Of a stretch of 32,000 nucleotides of DNA, positions 8,903 to 17,974 are shown one piece after another. Under the pieces are notes generated by a model that searched no databases, had not been told where the DNA came from, and worked only from the letters and a program-made list of their open reading frames with translations. Positions within the stretch are counted from its first letter, which is position 1. Each line of letters starts with the position of its first letter. Origin of the DNA: Xylanibacter ruminicola 23 (GTDB lineage: Bacteria; Bacteroidota; Bacteroidia; Bacteroidales; Bacteroidaceae); NCBI RefSeq assembly GCF_000025925.1, contig NC_014033.1, positions 3,180,001 to 3,212,000 of the forward strand, read 5' to 3'. The position numbers and the translations under genes are program-made.

Positions 8903-9751
8903 ATGAAGTGTGTTAGAATCCTATTATCAGCAGCATTGCTGACTCTTTCGACAACTATTTTTGCACAGAAACCTACCACCATGCCACTCTGGCCAAATGG
9001 ACCAGAAGTAGTGAGCTCGGATGGTAATGATCAGGCAGAACTAACTGTTTATCTGCCCGATGCCAACAAGGCCACCGGTCGTGCTGTAGTGTGCTGTCCT
9101 GGTGGCGGTTATAGTCATCTGGCTATGGACCACGAGGGGCATCAGTGGGCGCCTTTCTTTAATACGCAGGGCATCGCGCTGATTGTACTGAAATATCGTA
9201 TGCCTCATGGTAACCGTATGGTGCCTGTCTCTGATGCTGAGGAGGCTATCAAAACGGTCCGTAGTCATGCTACCGAGTGGCATATCAACCCTAACGATGT
9301 AGGCATCATGGGTTTCTCGGCAGGTGGTCATCTGGCTTCTACCATCGCCACCCATGCCAAGGACAATGCTGCGCCGAATTTCCAGATACTCTTCTATCCG
9401 GTTGTAACGATGGATCCGGGCTTTACACATAAGGGCTCGCACGATAACTTCTTGGGAAAGGCACCTGAGGACAAGAAGGCGCTGAAGGAGTATAAGAAGT
9501 TGGAGTTTGAGTTTAGTAACGACTTGCAGGTGAATCGTACCACACCGCGTGCTTTCTTGGCGCTGAGCGACGATGATAAGGCTGTGCCTGCGGCTAATGG
9601 CTTTAACTACTACCAGCAGCTGTATAAGCACGATGTACCAGCATCAATTCATATTTATCCTACAGGTGGTCATGGTTGGGGTTATCGCGAAACCTTTGCC
9701 TATCACTACGAGATGGTTTTTGAGTTGAAAGCCTGGTTAAAAAGTTTCTAA
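8903..9751 (+). CDS. Exported alpha/beta-hydrolase esterase (acetyl esterase/lipase-like)
   Basis: 282 aa. Signal peptide, CPGGGY oxyanion-type motif, GFSAGGH nucleophile elbow (GxSxG) and C-terminal GGHGW. Confidence 0.75.
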   Translation: MKCVRILLSAALLTLSTTIFAQKPTTMPLWPNGPEVVSSDGNDQAELTVYLPDANKATGRAVVCCPGGGYSHLAMDHEGHQWAPFFNTQGIALIVLKYRMPHGNRMVPVSDAEEAIKTVRSHATEWHINPNDVGIMGFSAGGHLASTIATHAKDNAAPNFQILFYPVVTMDPGFTHKGSHDNFLGKAPEDKKALKEYKKLEFEFSNDLQVNRTTPRAFLALSDDDKAVPAANGFNYYQQLYKHDVPASIHIYPTGGHGWGYRETFAYHYEMVFELKAWLKSF

Positions 9752-9761
9752 ATTGTAGCGT

Positions 9762-10049
9762 ATGTATTTTACAGGTATTATTATAGCTGCCAGTACTTTC
9801 CTGGCTATTGGCGTGTGGCATCCGATTGTTATTAAAACCGAGTATTATTGGGGCACACGTCCCTGGATTGTATATCTCATTGTGGGGTTGGCTTGCATCG
9901 CGGGCGCCCTGTTTATCGAGAATGCTATCCTTTCGTCTATCGTAGGTGTGTTTGGCGCCTCCGCCTTGTGGGGCATCGGTGAGCTGTTTGCTCAAAAGAA
10001 ACGTGTAGAGAAAGGTTGGTTCCCCAAGAATCCTAAGCGCAAGTACTAA
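9762..10049 (+). CDS. Small integral membrane protein (DUF4491-like; family name from memory)
   Basis: 95 aa with three hydrophobic segments and a basic C-terminal tail (KKRVEKGWFPKNPKRKY). It follows the esterase gene by 10 nt. Confidence 0.6.
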   Translation: MYFTGIIIAASTFLAIGVWHPIVIKTEYYWGTRPWIVYLIVGLACIAGALFIENAILSSIVGVFGASALWGIGELFAQKKRVEKGWFPKNPKRKY

Positions 10050-10056
10050 AAAGAAA

Positions 10057-10090
10057 AATCCCTTCCAGAATCGGAAGGGATTATTTGTTT
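10057..10090. terminator. Bidirectional rho-independent terminator
   Basis: Perfect 10-bp stem aatcccttcc / ggaagggatt with a 6-nt loop. It is flanked by an A-run and a T-rich run, and sits between convergent genes. Confidence 0.8.
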
Positions 10091-11243
10091 ACAAAAGCTT
10101 TTTGATTTCTGCTTCAAGGTCTGCTATCTGAGCAGCTCGCTTAACCAGATTGTTGCCGCGGTCGATAACAAAGAAGTCGGGAACAGCCTGAATGTTGTAG
10201 AGTGTCAGACGCTGTGAACCTGCGCCATCCTCGTCGCGAACGCTGATCCAAGGCAGTGCTGCTGTCTGCTGTTTCCAGAAGTGCTCGTCGCTGTCGAGAC
10301 TTACCTGGTAAATCTCCAATCCCTGAGCGTGATATTTATTATACAATTCGCGCAGCTGAATGATACGTGCTGGAGAATCCTTGAGAGCGAATACATGGAA
10401 GTCGAGCAGTACAACCTGACCCTTCAAATCAGTCAGATGACGCATGTTACCTTTGTTATCGAGCAGAGCGATATCCAGTACACCAGCCTCCTGAACCTTG
10501 CTGGCCTCGATCTGAATGTCGGCATTCTGAGCCTCTACGATACGCTGGTTCTTCATGCCTTCGATGGCAATGTTGTGCAGGTTCTGTCCGCGCTCAGCGT
10601 GTGGGTAATAAGTGTCCCAGCTGGTAGCAACGGCTGCAAAAGCCTTGATATCTTCCTTGTTGGCACGAGGATTGAAAATCAGGTAGTTGCCGATAGCCTG
10701 GAACAGAGCGAAGTAGGCATATGCCTTGTAAGGCTCTTTGTAGATATAGTTGCGCTTAACCTCTTCCTTGTAAGCGTTAATCATGCTCTGGATGCTGTCG
10801 TTGGCCTTGGCAATGCCTAACTCGGTGTTGCTCTGCAGCGCAATGGCCTTGGCCTGCAGGTCGATCTGCTTGAGTGCCAACTCGCGAATCTTCTCACAGT
10901 TCTCGGAACCGCTGATGGTGTAGTTTGATGCCATACCAGGATACTGACCCTTAACCTGAACAGTCTCGGTAGAATCGATGCTTACGTTGATAATCTGGTC
11001 GGCAATGCGCAAACGATAGAATTCAGGGGCTGTAGTGGCATCCTGACTGAACGAGAAGTCGCCATTGTCGTTAAGCTTTACAGAGTCGAGCACGTTAATG
11101 CCCTCCAAACCTACGTTTTCGAAGTAGAGCACAGAGTCCTTAGCACCGGCAATCTGGCCCTCGACGGTAAACTTATTGTTGTTGCACGAGGCAATCGATA
11201 ATGCAGCCAGAACTACGGCTGCTGCTTTACAAATATGTTTCAT
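10089..11243 (-). CDS. Thioredoxin-fold (TlpA/AhpC-TSA-like) lipoprotein lacking the CxxC motif
   Basis: 384 aa. Lipoprotein signal (LSIASC). The C-terminal ~140 aa align by eye to TlpA-like proteins (VVLLDFH...LEIYQVSLDSDEHFW...VPDFFVIDRGNNLV). The position of WCxxC reads FALKDS. Confidence 0.7.
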   Translation of the reverse strand: MKHICKAAAVVLAALSIASCNNNKFTVEGQIAGAKDSVLYFENVGLEGINVLDSVKLNDNGDFSFSQDATTAPEFYRLRIADQIINVSIDSTETVQVKGQYPGMASNYTISGSENCEKIRELALKQIDLQAKAIALQSNTELGIAKANDSIQSMINAYKEEVKRNYIYKEPYKAYAYFALFQAIGNYLIFNPRANKEDIKAFAAVATSWDTYYPHAERGQNLHNIAIEGMKNQRIVEAQNADIQIEASKVQEAGVLDIALLDNKGNMRHLTDLKGQVVLLDFHVFALKDSPARIIQLRELYNKYHAQGLEIYQVSLDSDEHFWKQQTAALPWISVRDEDGAGSQRLTLYNIQAVPDFFVIDRGNNLVKRAAQIADLEAEIKKLL

Positions 11244-11274
11244 TTTTTCTAATTAGAATTTCGTTTTGCGGGTG

Positions 11275-11282
11275 CAAAGATA
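11275..11282 (-). promoter_or_regulatory. -7 promoter box (TATCTTTG) for the thioredoxin-fold lipoprotein gene
   Basis: Reverse complement of caaagata, 32 nt upstream of the 11243 start. Confidence 0.55.
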
Positions 11283-11366
11283 TAATTTTTTTAGTGAATA
11301 GTGAAGAGGAATAGTGAAAAATTAAAAAAAATATTGAGTTTTCTCGTTTATTAATATAATTATGTG

Positions 11367-11374
11367 TATCTTTG
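11367..11374 (+). promoter_or_regulatory. -7 promoter box (TATCTTTG) for pnp
   Basis: It lies inside the long 11364 ORF extension and 35 nt upstream of the ATG at 11409. Confidence 0.55.
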
Positions 11375-11408
11375 CGGCTGTTTTTTATATTTTAGATGTT
11401 TTATTAAG

Positions 11409-13787
11409 ATGAACGTAATTACAAAGACCCTTCAATTGGCTGATGGACGTACCATCACCATTGAAACCGGGAAAGTGGCAAAACAGACCGACGGCTCTGT
11501 TGTTCTGCGTATGAACAACACCGTATTGCTCGCCACTGTTTGTGCCGCAAAAGATGCAGTTCCCGGAACAGATTTTATGCCTTTGCAGGTAGATTATCGT
11601 GAACAGTACAGCGCAGCCGGACGTTTCCCCGGTGGATTTACCAAGCGCGAAGGCAAAGCCAGCGACAACGAAATCCTGACATCACGACTGGTGGACCGTG
11701 TTCTTCGTCCACTCTTCCCTTCGAACTATCACGCTGAGGTATTTGTGAATGTAATGCTGCTCTCAGCCGATGGTATTGATCAGCCCGACGCCCTTGCAGG
11801 TTTTGCTGCTTCGGCTGCTCTGGCTTGCTCGGATATCCCATTCGAGTGCCCCATCAGTGAGGTTCGCGTAGCCCGTGTCAACGGTGAGTATGTTATCGAT
11901 CCTACCTTCGAGCAGATGAAGAATGCCGATATGGACATCATGGTTGGTGCATCGGCCGAGAACATTATGATGGTAGAGGGAGAGATGAAAGAGGTGTCAG
12001 AACAGGATATGATCGGCGCTCTGAAGGCTGCTATGGCTGCTATCAAGCCAATGTGTGAGCTTCAGGCTGAACTCTCAAAGGAACTTGGTAAGGATGTTAA
12101 GCGTGAGTACGACCACGAGGTGAACGATGAGGAGCTGCGTGAGCGTATGAGCAAGGAGCTGTATCAGCCCGCTTACGATGTTACCAAGCAGGCTCTGCCC
12201 AAGCAGGACCGTGCTGATGCCTTCGAGAAGATCCTGACAGACTTCAAGGAGAAGTATGCTGCTGAGCATGCCGATCTGACTGAGGATGAGCTCGAGGAGA
12301 AGTACGCTATGATGGAGCGTTACTATCACGACGTTGAGCGCGACGCTATGCGCCGTTGTATCCTCGACGAGGGTATCCGTCTCGATGGTCGTAAGACCGA
12401 CGAGATCCGTCCTATCTGGTGCGAGGTTTCGCCTCTGCCAATGCCTCACGGAAGTTCAATCTTTACTCGTGGTGAGACACAGTCGCTTTCTACCTGTACT
12501 CTGGGTACTAAGCTCGATGAGAAGATGGTTGACGACGTGCTTGAGCATGGTTATCAGCGCTTCTTGCTGCACTATAACTTCCCTCCATTCTGTACTGGTG
12601 AGGCCAAGGCCCAGCGTGGCGTAGGTCGTCGTGAGATTGGTCACGGTCACCTGGCATGGCGTGGACTGAAGGGCCAGATTCCTGAGGACTTCCCTTACAC
12701 AGTTCGTCTGGTAAGCCAGATCCTTGAGTCTAACGGTTCTTCATCAATGGCTACCGTATGTGCTGGTACACTCGCCCTGATGGATGCTGGTGTTCCTATG
12801 AAGAAGCCTGTTTCGGGTATCGCCATGGGTCTGATTAAGAATCCTGGAGAAGATAAGTACGCTGTATTGAGCGATATCCTCGGCGACGAGGACCACCTGG
12901 GTGATATGGACTTCAAGACCACTGGTACAAAGGATGGTCTGACCGCTACTCAGATGGATATCAAGTGTGATGGTTTGAGCTTCGACATTCTCGAGAAGGC
13001 TCTGATGCAGGCTAAGGCCGGTCGTGAGCATATCCTGAAGTGCCTGACCGATACTATCGCTGAGCCACGTGCTGAGATGAAGCCTCAGGTTCCTCGCATC
13101 GTTCAGATGGAGATTCCTAAGGAGTTCATCGGTGCTGTAATCGGCCCTGGTGGTAAGATTATCCAGCAGATGCAGGAGGATACTGGTGCTACTATCACTA
13201 TCGACGAGGTTGACGGTGTAGGTAAGGTCCAGGTATCAGCTCCTAACAAGGAGAGCATCGATGCCGCTATCGGTAAGATTAAGGCTATCGTAGCTATTCC
13301 TGAGGTAGGCGAGGTTTACGACGGTGTGGTTCGTTCTATCATGCCTTACGGATGCTTCGTTGAGATTATGCCTGGTAAGGACGGTCTGTTGCACATCAGC
13401 GAGATCGACTGGAAGCGCCTTGAGACCGTTGAAGAGGCTGGTATCAAGGAGGGCGACCACATTCAGGTTAAGCTCCTGGAGATTGATCCTAAGACAGGTA
13501 AGTACAAGCTCTCTCATCGTGTACTGATTGAGAAGCCTGCCGATTATGTTGAGCGTCCTGCCCGTGGTGAGCGTCGTGAGCGCCCAGAGCGTAATGGCGA
13601 GCGTCGTGACCGTCGTCCCGACCGTGGCGATCGTCGCAACGGTGAGCGTCATGGTGAAAGGCAACGGGTAGGCGATTCGTCAGAATCGGGAATGCGCCGC
13701 CCACGTCCTGAGCAGCAGCAGACTGAGGCTCCAAAAGAGGAAAAGCCAAAGGACTTCAGCGACTCGTTAGATAACATGGATTTCTAA
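11409..13787 (+). CDS. pnp: Polynucleotide phosphorylase with an Arg-rich C-terminal extension
   Basis: PNPase N-terminus ([37 protein letters not shown]), second PH domain, KH (GPGGKIIQ) and S1 ([20 protein letters not shown]). The start is placed at MNVITK (11409) downstream of the promoter box. Confidence 0.95.
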   Translation: MNVITKTLQLADGRTITIETGKVAKQTDGSVVLRMNNTVLLATVCAAKDAVPGTDFMPLQVDYREQYSAAGRFPGGFTKREGKASDNEILTSRLVDRVLRPLFPSNYHAEVFVNVMLLSADGIDQPDALAGFAASAALACSDIPFECPISEVRVARVNGEYVIDPTFEQMKNADMDIMVGASAENIMMVEGEMKEVSEQDMIGALKAAMAAIKPMCELQAELSKELGKDVKREYDHEVNDEELRERMSKELYQPAYDVTKQALPKQDRADAFEKILTDFKEKYAAEHADLTEDELEEKYAMMERYYHDVERDAMRRCILDEGIRLDGRKTDEIRPIWCEVSPLPMPHGSSIFTRGETQSLSTCTLGTKLDEKMVDDVLEHGYQRFLLHYNFPPFCTGEAKAQRGVGRREIGHGHLAWRGLKGQIPEDFPYTVRLVSQILESNGSSSMATVCAGTLALMDAGVPMKKPVSGIAMGLIKNPGEDKYAVLSDILGDEDHLGDMDFKTTGTKDGLTATQMDIKCDGLSFDILEKALMQAKAGREHILKCLTDTIAEPRAEMKPQVPRIVQMEIPKEFIGAVIGPGGKIIQQMQEDTGATITIDEVDGVGKVQVSAPNKESIDAAIGKIKAIVAIPEVGEVYDGVVRSIMPYGCFVEIMPGKDGLLHISEIDWKRLETVEEAGIKEGDHIQVKLLEIDPKTGKYKLSHRVLIEKPADYVERPARGERRERPERNGERRDRRPDRGDRRNGERHGERQRVGDSSESGMRRPRPEQQQTEAPKEEKPKDFSDSLDNMDF

Positions 13788-13812
13788 GAAAGAAATCTTA
13801 AAAATAAAGAAA

Positions 13813-13846
13813 AGCGTTAAATTTGTCTAAATTTGACGCTTTTTTC
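13813..13846 (+). terminator. Rho-independent terminator of pnp
   Basis: 12-bp stem agcgttaaattt / aaatttgacgct (one G-U pair), 4-nt loop, followed by TTTTTT. Confidence 0.8.
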
Positions 13847-13880
13847 TTTTGCGCGTACCTTATATAATAAAAATAGTTAG

Positions 13881-13888
13881 TACCTTTG
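13881..13888 (+). promoter_or_regulatory. -7 promoter box (TACCTTTG) of the rplM-rpsI operon
   Basis: Exact TAnnTTTG motif about 200 nt upstream of the rplM ATG. Confidence 0.6.
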
Positions 13889-13894
13889 CACACC

Positions 13895-14086
13895 GATTTA
13901 GGGGAGAGACTTAGAATCCCCGTGAAATGTTGTGTGAATAGCGGTGTCTTTGGCCGGGCATGGCGGTTCGTGAATCAGCGTTTCTTGCGACGTTAGACTG
14001 ACAACCGGGAGTTAGACCCTGGGAGTGAGTTTATGCGCGTACATATTTAATTATAAGTTAAACTGTTTTTTAGTAGTAAATTTAAA
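13895..14086 (+). promoter_or_regulatory. Long 5' leader of rplM, a candidate L13 autoregulatory leader
   Basis: About 190 nt lie between the promoter box and the rplM ATG. The segment is more GC-rich than the surrounding spacer. It has a hairpin gggga(N11)tcccc at 13901-13921 and repeated TTAGAC...GGGAG elements at 13992-14037. Confidence 0.4.
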
Positions 14087-14548
14087 ATGAACACTTTGAG
14101 TTACAAGACACTTTCTGTAAACAAGGAAACAGCAAAGAAGGAGTGGGTGGTAATCGATGCCACAGACCAGGTTGTTGGTCGTCTCGCTTCAAAGGTAGCT
14201 AAGCTGATCCGCGGAAAGTACAAGCCAACTTTCACTCCACACGTTGACTGTGGTGACAATGTAATCCTTATCAACGCCGATAAGGTAGTTTTCACTGGTA
14301 AGAAAGAGACCGATAAGGTTTATACCCGCTACACAGGTTATCCTGGTGGTCAGCGCTTCAATACTCCTGCTGAGCTTCGCAAGAAGAACGGTGGTGTTGA
14401 CAAGATGCTGCGTCATGCCGTTAAGGGTATGCTGCCAAAGGGTCCTCTGGGCCGCAGCCTGCTGAACAACCTCTTCATCTATGAGGGTACCGAGCATCCA
14501 CATGCCGCTCAGCAGCCAAAGACTATTGATATTAACCAGTATAAATAA
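14087..14548 (+). CDS. rplM: 50S ribosomal protein L13
   Basis: 153 aa. KEWVVIDATDQVVGRLASKVAKLIRGK and GMLPKGPLGR motifs. Confidence 0.97.
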   Translation: MNTLSYKTLSVNKETAKKEWVVIDATDQVVGRLASKVAKLIRGKYKPTFTPHVDCGDNVILINADKVVFTGKKETDKVYTRYTGYPGGQRFNTPAELRKKNGGVDKMLRHAVKGMLPKGPLGRSLLNNLFIYEGTEHPHAAQQPKTIDINQYK

Positions 14549-14557
14549 TAAGGAAAG

Positions 14558-14944
14558 ATGGAAGTAATTAACGCAATAGGTCGTCGTAAGAGCTCTGTAG
14601 CCCGTGTATACGTAACAGAGGGTACTGGTAAGATTACGATCAACAAGAAAGATTTAGAGGTATATTTCCCATCAGCTATCCTGCAGTATGTGGTTAAGCA
14701 GCCACTCGCACTGCTCGAAGTAGCTGAGAAGTATGACATCAAGGCAAACCTCGACGGAGGTGGTTTCACAGGTCAGAGTCAGGCTCTGCGTCTCGCAATT
14801 GCCCGCGCTCTGGTGAAGATCAACGAAGAGGATAAGAAGAAGCTGAAGGATGCAGGTTTCATGACACGTGATAGCCGTGAGGTTGAGCGTAAGAAGCCAG
14901 GTCGTCCAAAGGCACGTCGTCGCTTCCAGTTCAGTAAGCGTTAA
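14558..14944 (+). CDS. rpsI: 30S ribosomal protein S9
   Basis: 128 aa. GRRKSSVARVYV near the N-terminus and C-terminal KKPGRPKARRRFQFSKR. Confidence 0.97.
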   Translation: MEVINAIGRRKSSVARVYVTEGTGKITINKKDLEVYFPSAILQYVVKQPLALLEVAEKYDIKANLDGGGFTGQSQALRLAIARALVKINEEDKKKLKDAGFMTRDSREVERKKPGRPKARRRFQFSKR

Positions 14945-15064
14945 TCCCGCTGAAGAACTTAGCGCAAGTTTAGTATCTAAACCCGCTGGATTCCTTTGGA
15001 CTACCGTCGGGCTGATTCTAAGAAGAATTAAAAAGAAAGTAAACAATTTAAAAGAATTAAGAAA

Positions 15065-15874
15065 ATGTCAAGAACAAATTTTGATCAGTTGCTGCAGGCT
15101 GGCTGTCATTTCGGTCACCTGAAGCGTAAGTGGAACCCCGCTATGGCTCCTTATATCTACACAGAGCGTAACGGTATTCACATCATCGACCTGCATAAGA
15201 CAGTAGCCAAGGTTGACGAGGCTGCTGAGGCCCTGAAGCAGATTGCCAAGAGTGGCAAGAAAATCCTGTTCGTCGCTACTAAAAAACAGACAAAGGAAGT
15301 GGTTGCTGAGAAGGCTGCAAGCATCAACATGCCATACGTTATCGAGCGTTGGCCAGGTGGTATGCTCACAAACTTCCCCACAATCCGTAAGGCCGTTAAG
15401 AAAATGGCGAACATCGACCGTCTGATGCAGGATGGAACCTACTCAAACCTCTCAAAGCGTGAGCTGCTGCAGATCACACGTCAGCGTGCTAAGCTCGAGA
15501 AGAACCTGGGTTCTATCGCCGATCTGACTCGTCTGCCAAGCGCACTCTTCGTAGTTGATGTAATGAAGGAGAACATTGCCGTTCGCGAGGCTAACCGTCT
15601 GGGTATCCCCGTATTCGGTATCGTTGATACTAACTCTGATCCTAATAATATCGACTTCGTTATCCCTGCTAACGACGATGCTAAGGACTCTGTAGAGGCT
15701 ATCCTGAATGCCTGCTGCACCGCTATCGCCGAGGGTATCGAGGAGCGTAAGGTAGAGAAGGCCGACGAGAAGGCTGCTGATGCTCAGGCTGAGGGCGAGG
15801 AGCCTAAGGCTAAGCGTGCTCCACGCAAGGCTCGCAAGGATGCTGAGCCAAAGGCTGAGGCTGCTGCTGAGTAA
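15065..15874 (+). CDS. rpsB: 30S ribosomal protein S2
   Basis: 269 aa. LLQAGCHFGH, ERWPGGMLTN and VVDVMKENIAVREANRLGIPVFGIVDTN, with an acidic/Lys-rich tail. Confidence 0.97.
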   Translation: MSRTNFDQLLQAGCHFGHLKRKWNPAMAPYIYTERNGIHIIDLHKTVAKVDEAAEALKQIAKSGKKILFVATKKQTKEVVAEKAASINMPYVIERWPGGMLTNFPTIRKAVKKMANIDRLMQDGTYSNLSKRELLQITRQRAKLEKNLGSIADLTRLPSALFVVDVMKENIAVREANRLGIPVFGIVDTNSDPNNIDFVIPANDDAKDSVEAILNACCTAIAEGIEERKVEKADEKAADAQAEGEEPKAKRAPRKARKDAEPKAEAAAE

Positions 15875-15878
15875 TACA

Positions 15879-15913
15879 ATTAAAGATTAAACATTTAAAG
15901 ATTAAAGATTAAA
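15879..15913 (+). repeat. Tandem heptad leader (ATTAAAG/ATTAAAC)x5 abutting the tsf start codon
   Basis: attaaagattaaacatttaaagattaaagattaaa runs directly into the ATG at 15914. Confidence 0.9.
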
Positions 15914-16912
15914 ATGGCTATTTCAATTGATGATATCAAGAAGCTTCGCGCAATGACTGGCGCTGGTCTGGCTGACGTAAAGAAGGCTCTGACCGAGGCT
16001 GAGGGCGACTTCGACAAGGCTAAGGAGCTCCTGCGTGAGCGTGGCCTCGCTATTGCTGCTAAGCGTAGCGACCGTGAGACATCTAATGGTTGTGTACTCG
16101 TTAAGAGCGTTGATGGCTTCGCTGCTATGATCGCCCTGAAGTGTGAGACCGACTTCGTTGCTAACGGTGCCGATTTCATTGCTCTTACTCAGAGCATCCT
16201 CGACGCTGCTATTGCTGCTAAGGCTAAGGATATTGAGGCTGTTAAGGAGCTTACTCTGGCCGACGGTCAGAAGGTTCAGGACGCAGTTACTCAGCGCTCT
16301 GGTATCACCGGTGAGAAGATGGAGCTGGATGGCTACCTGACTCTCGAGGGTGAGAACATTGAGATCTACAACCACATGGCAAAGAACACTCTCTGCACCA
16401 TGGTTCAGACCAACAAGCCCGCTGCCGAGCAGGGTCACCTGGTAGCTATGCAGGTTGCTGCTATGAAGCCAGTAGCTCTCGACGCTCAGAGCATCGATCC
16501 AAAGATTCTCGACGAGGAGTACAAGACTGCTGTTGAGAAGTCAAAGCTCGAGCAGGTTCAGAAGTTCGTTGATATGAAGCTCAAGAAGGCTGGTTTGAAC
16601 CCCAACCTGGTTGATTCTGAGGATCACATCGAGAGCAACATGTCTAAGGGCTGGCTTACACAGGAGCAGGCCGACGAGGCTCGCAAGATCATTGCTGATG
16701 CAAAGGTTGAGGGCGAGGCTAACCTGAAGATGCCAATGATTGAGGGTATCGCTAAGGGTCGTGTTGAGAAGTTCAAGAAGGAGAACTGCCTGGTTGACCA
16801 GGAGTTCCAGTTCGGCGACGGCGACAAGGCTACTGTTGCTCAGTGGCTCGCTAAGCAGGACAAGGATCTGAAGATCGTTGCCTTCCAGCGCTTCACACTC
16901 GTTGCTGACTAA
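15914..16912 (+). CDS. tsf: Translation elongation factor Ts
   Basis: 332 aa. UBA-like N-terminus IKKLRAMTGAGLADVKKAL and conserved LALKCETDFVA-type core (IALKCETDFVANG). Confidence 0.97.
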   Translation: MAISIDDIKKLRAMTGAGLADVKKALTEAEGDFDKAKELLRERGLAIAAKRSDRETSNGCVLVKSVDGFAAMIALKCETDFVANGADFIALTQSILDAAIAAKAKDIEAVKELTLADGQKVQDAVTQRSGITGEKMELDGYLTLEGENIEIYNHMAKNTLCTMVQTNKPAAEQGHLVAMQVAAMKPVALDAQSIDPKILDEEYKTAVEKSKLEQVQKFVDMKLKKAGLNPNLVDSEDHIESNMSKGWLTQEQADEARKIIADAKVEGEANLKMPMIEGIAKGRVEKFKKENCLVDQEFQFGDGDKATVAQWLAKQDKDLKIVAFQRFTLVAD

Positions 16913-16934
16913 TTCATTTAGCAATATAGACAGG

Positions 16935-16965
16935 ATCGGCATTGCGAAAGCAGTGCCGATTTTTT
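16935..16965 (+). terminator. Rho-independent terminator of rpsB-tsf
   Basis: 11-bp stem (atcggcattgc / gcagtgccgat, one G-U pair) closed by a GAAA tetraloop, followed by TTTTT. Confidence 0.85.
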
Positions 16966-16973
16966 ATGAGACT

Positions 16974-17933
16974 ATGAGAAAAGTAATAGGAATAGGAGAA
17001 ACTATACTGGACATCATCTTCCGCGACGATCAGCCTATTGGTGCTGTGCCTGGCGGTTCGATGTTCAACGGACTGATATCGCTTGGTCGTAGCGGCGTAG
17101 ATGCGGCTTTTATCAGCGAAACGGGCAACGACCGTGTGGGGCGTCGCATCATCAGTTTCCTGGAGGATAATCATGTTGATGCCTCGAACATCAGCGTGTA
17201 TCCCGAGGCCAAATCGCCCGTATCTCTGGCATTTCTGAACGAGAACAACGATGCCGAGTATATCTTTTATAAGGATCATCCCCACGACCGCCTGGAGTTT
17301 ATCACGCCCGATATCCAGCCTAACGATGTGGTGATGTTTGGCTCGTTCTATGCCATCAACCCTGTTATCCGTCCACAGATGCTGGCATTCCTGCAGTATG
17401 CACACGAGCAGGGCGCCATTCTTTACTACGATGTAAACTATCGTGCGTCGCATCTCAAGGATCTGGTGAAGGTTACGGCTAATATCCTTGAGAACTTTGA
17501 GTTGGCCGATATCATCAAAGGCAGCTCGGAGGATTTTGAGAATATGTATAACAAGACGGGGGCCGATAGCGTGTACCGTTCGCAGATAGATTTCTACTGC
17601 AAGAACTTTATCTATACGCAGGGTGCCCAGCCTATCGAGTTCCGTGCGCAGGGTGGTTTGGCCAGGCAGTATCCTGTAGCAGCCATACAAACGGTTAGTA
17701 CCATTGGCGCAGGCGATAACTTTAATGCCGGCTTTGTGTACGGACTGCTGAAGTATGGCGTTACACGTGATATGCTGCACGAGGGCGTTGATGCGGCCAT
17801 CTGGGATAAGGTGATAGCCGAGGCCCAGCAGTTTGCTGCCAATGTGTGCGGTAGCATTAATAACAGCGTTGATACCGCCTTTGGCGATGCCAAGAAAGCC
17901 GAATACCAAGCCGCTCTTGCTGCTATGGAATAA
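16974..17933 (+). CDS. PfkB-family carbohydrate kinase (fructokinase-like)
   Basis: Starts MRKVIGIGETILDIIF. PfkB signature region VSTIGAGDNFNAGFVYGLL. The longer 16878 start overlaps tsf and its terminator, so it was rejected. Confidence 0.85.
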   Translation: MRKVIGIGETILDIIFRDDQPIGAVPGGSMFNGLISLGRSGVDAAFISETGNDRVGRRIISFLEDNHVDASNISVYPEAKSPVSLAFLNENNDAEYIFYKDHPHDRLEFITPDIQPNDVVMFGSFYAINPVIRPQMLAFLQYAHEQGAILYYDVNYRASHLKDLVKVTANILENFELADIIKGSSEDFENMYNKTGADSVYRSQIDFYCKNFIYTQGAQPIEFRAQGGLARQYPVAAIQTVSTIGAGDNFNAGFVYGLLKYGVTRDMLHEGVDAAIWDKVIAEAQQFAANVCGSINNSVDTAFGDAKKAEYQAALAAME

Positions 17934-17937
17934 AATT

Positions 17938-17966
17938 AAAGCCTCGCAAATACTGCGAGGCTTTTT
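17938..17966. terminator. Bidirectional rho-independent terminator
   Basis: Perfect 11-bp stem aaagcctcgca / tgcgaggcttt with a 5-nt loop, flanked by A- and T-runs. It sits between the convergent PfkB and helicase genes. Confidence 0.85.
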
Positions 17967-17974
17967 CTTTCTCT

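Noticed and set aside
11364-11408. N-terminal extensions given by the longest-ORF starts. These are pnp 11364, topA 6741, PfkB 16878, flavodoxin-like 20644, LOG 20611, flippase 31438 and the 188-aa ORF 23386.
   Set aside because: In each case the extension overlaps a promoter box, a terminator or the upstream gene, and encodes non-conserved residues. An internal ATG gives the canonical family N-terminus or a signal peptide.
14945-15064. Possible promoter or S2-type leader between rpsI and rpsB.
   Set aside because: There is only a weak TTCCTTTG box variant and a 6-bp hairpin (gtttag/ctaaac). That is not enough to call a promoter or a structured leader.
16914-17909. 331-aa minus-strand ORF.
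   Set aside because: It is antisense to the PfkB kinase gene, which carries the GAGDNF signature and a proper start after the tsf terminator.
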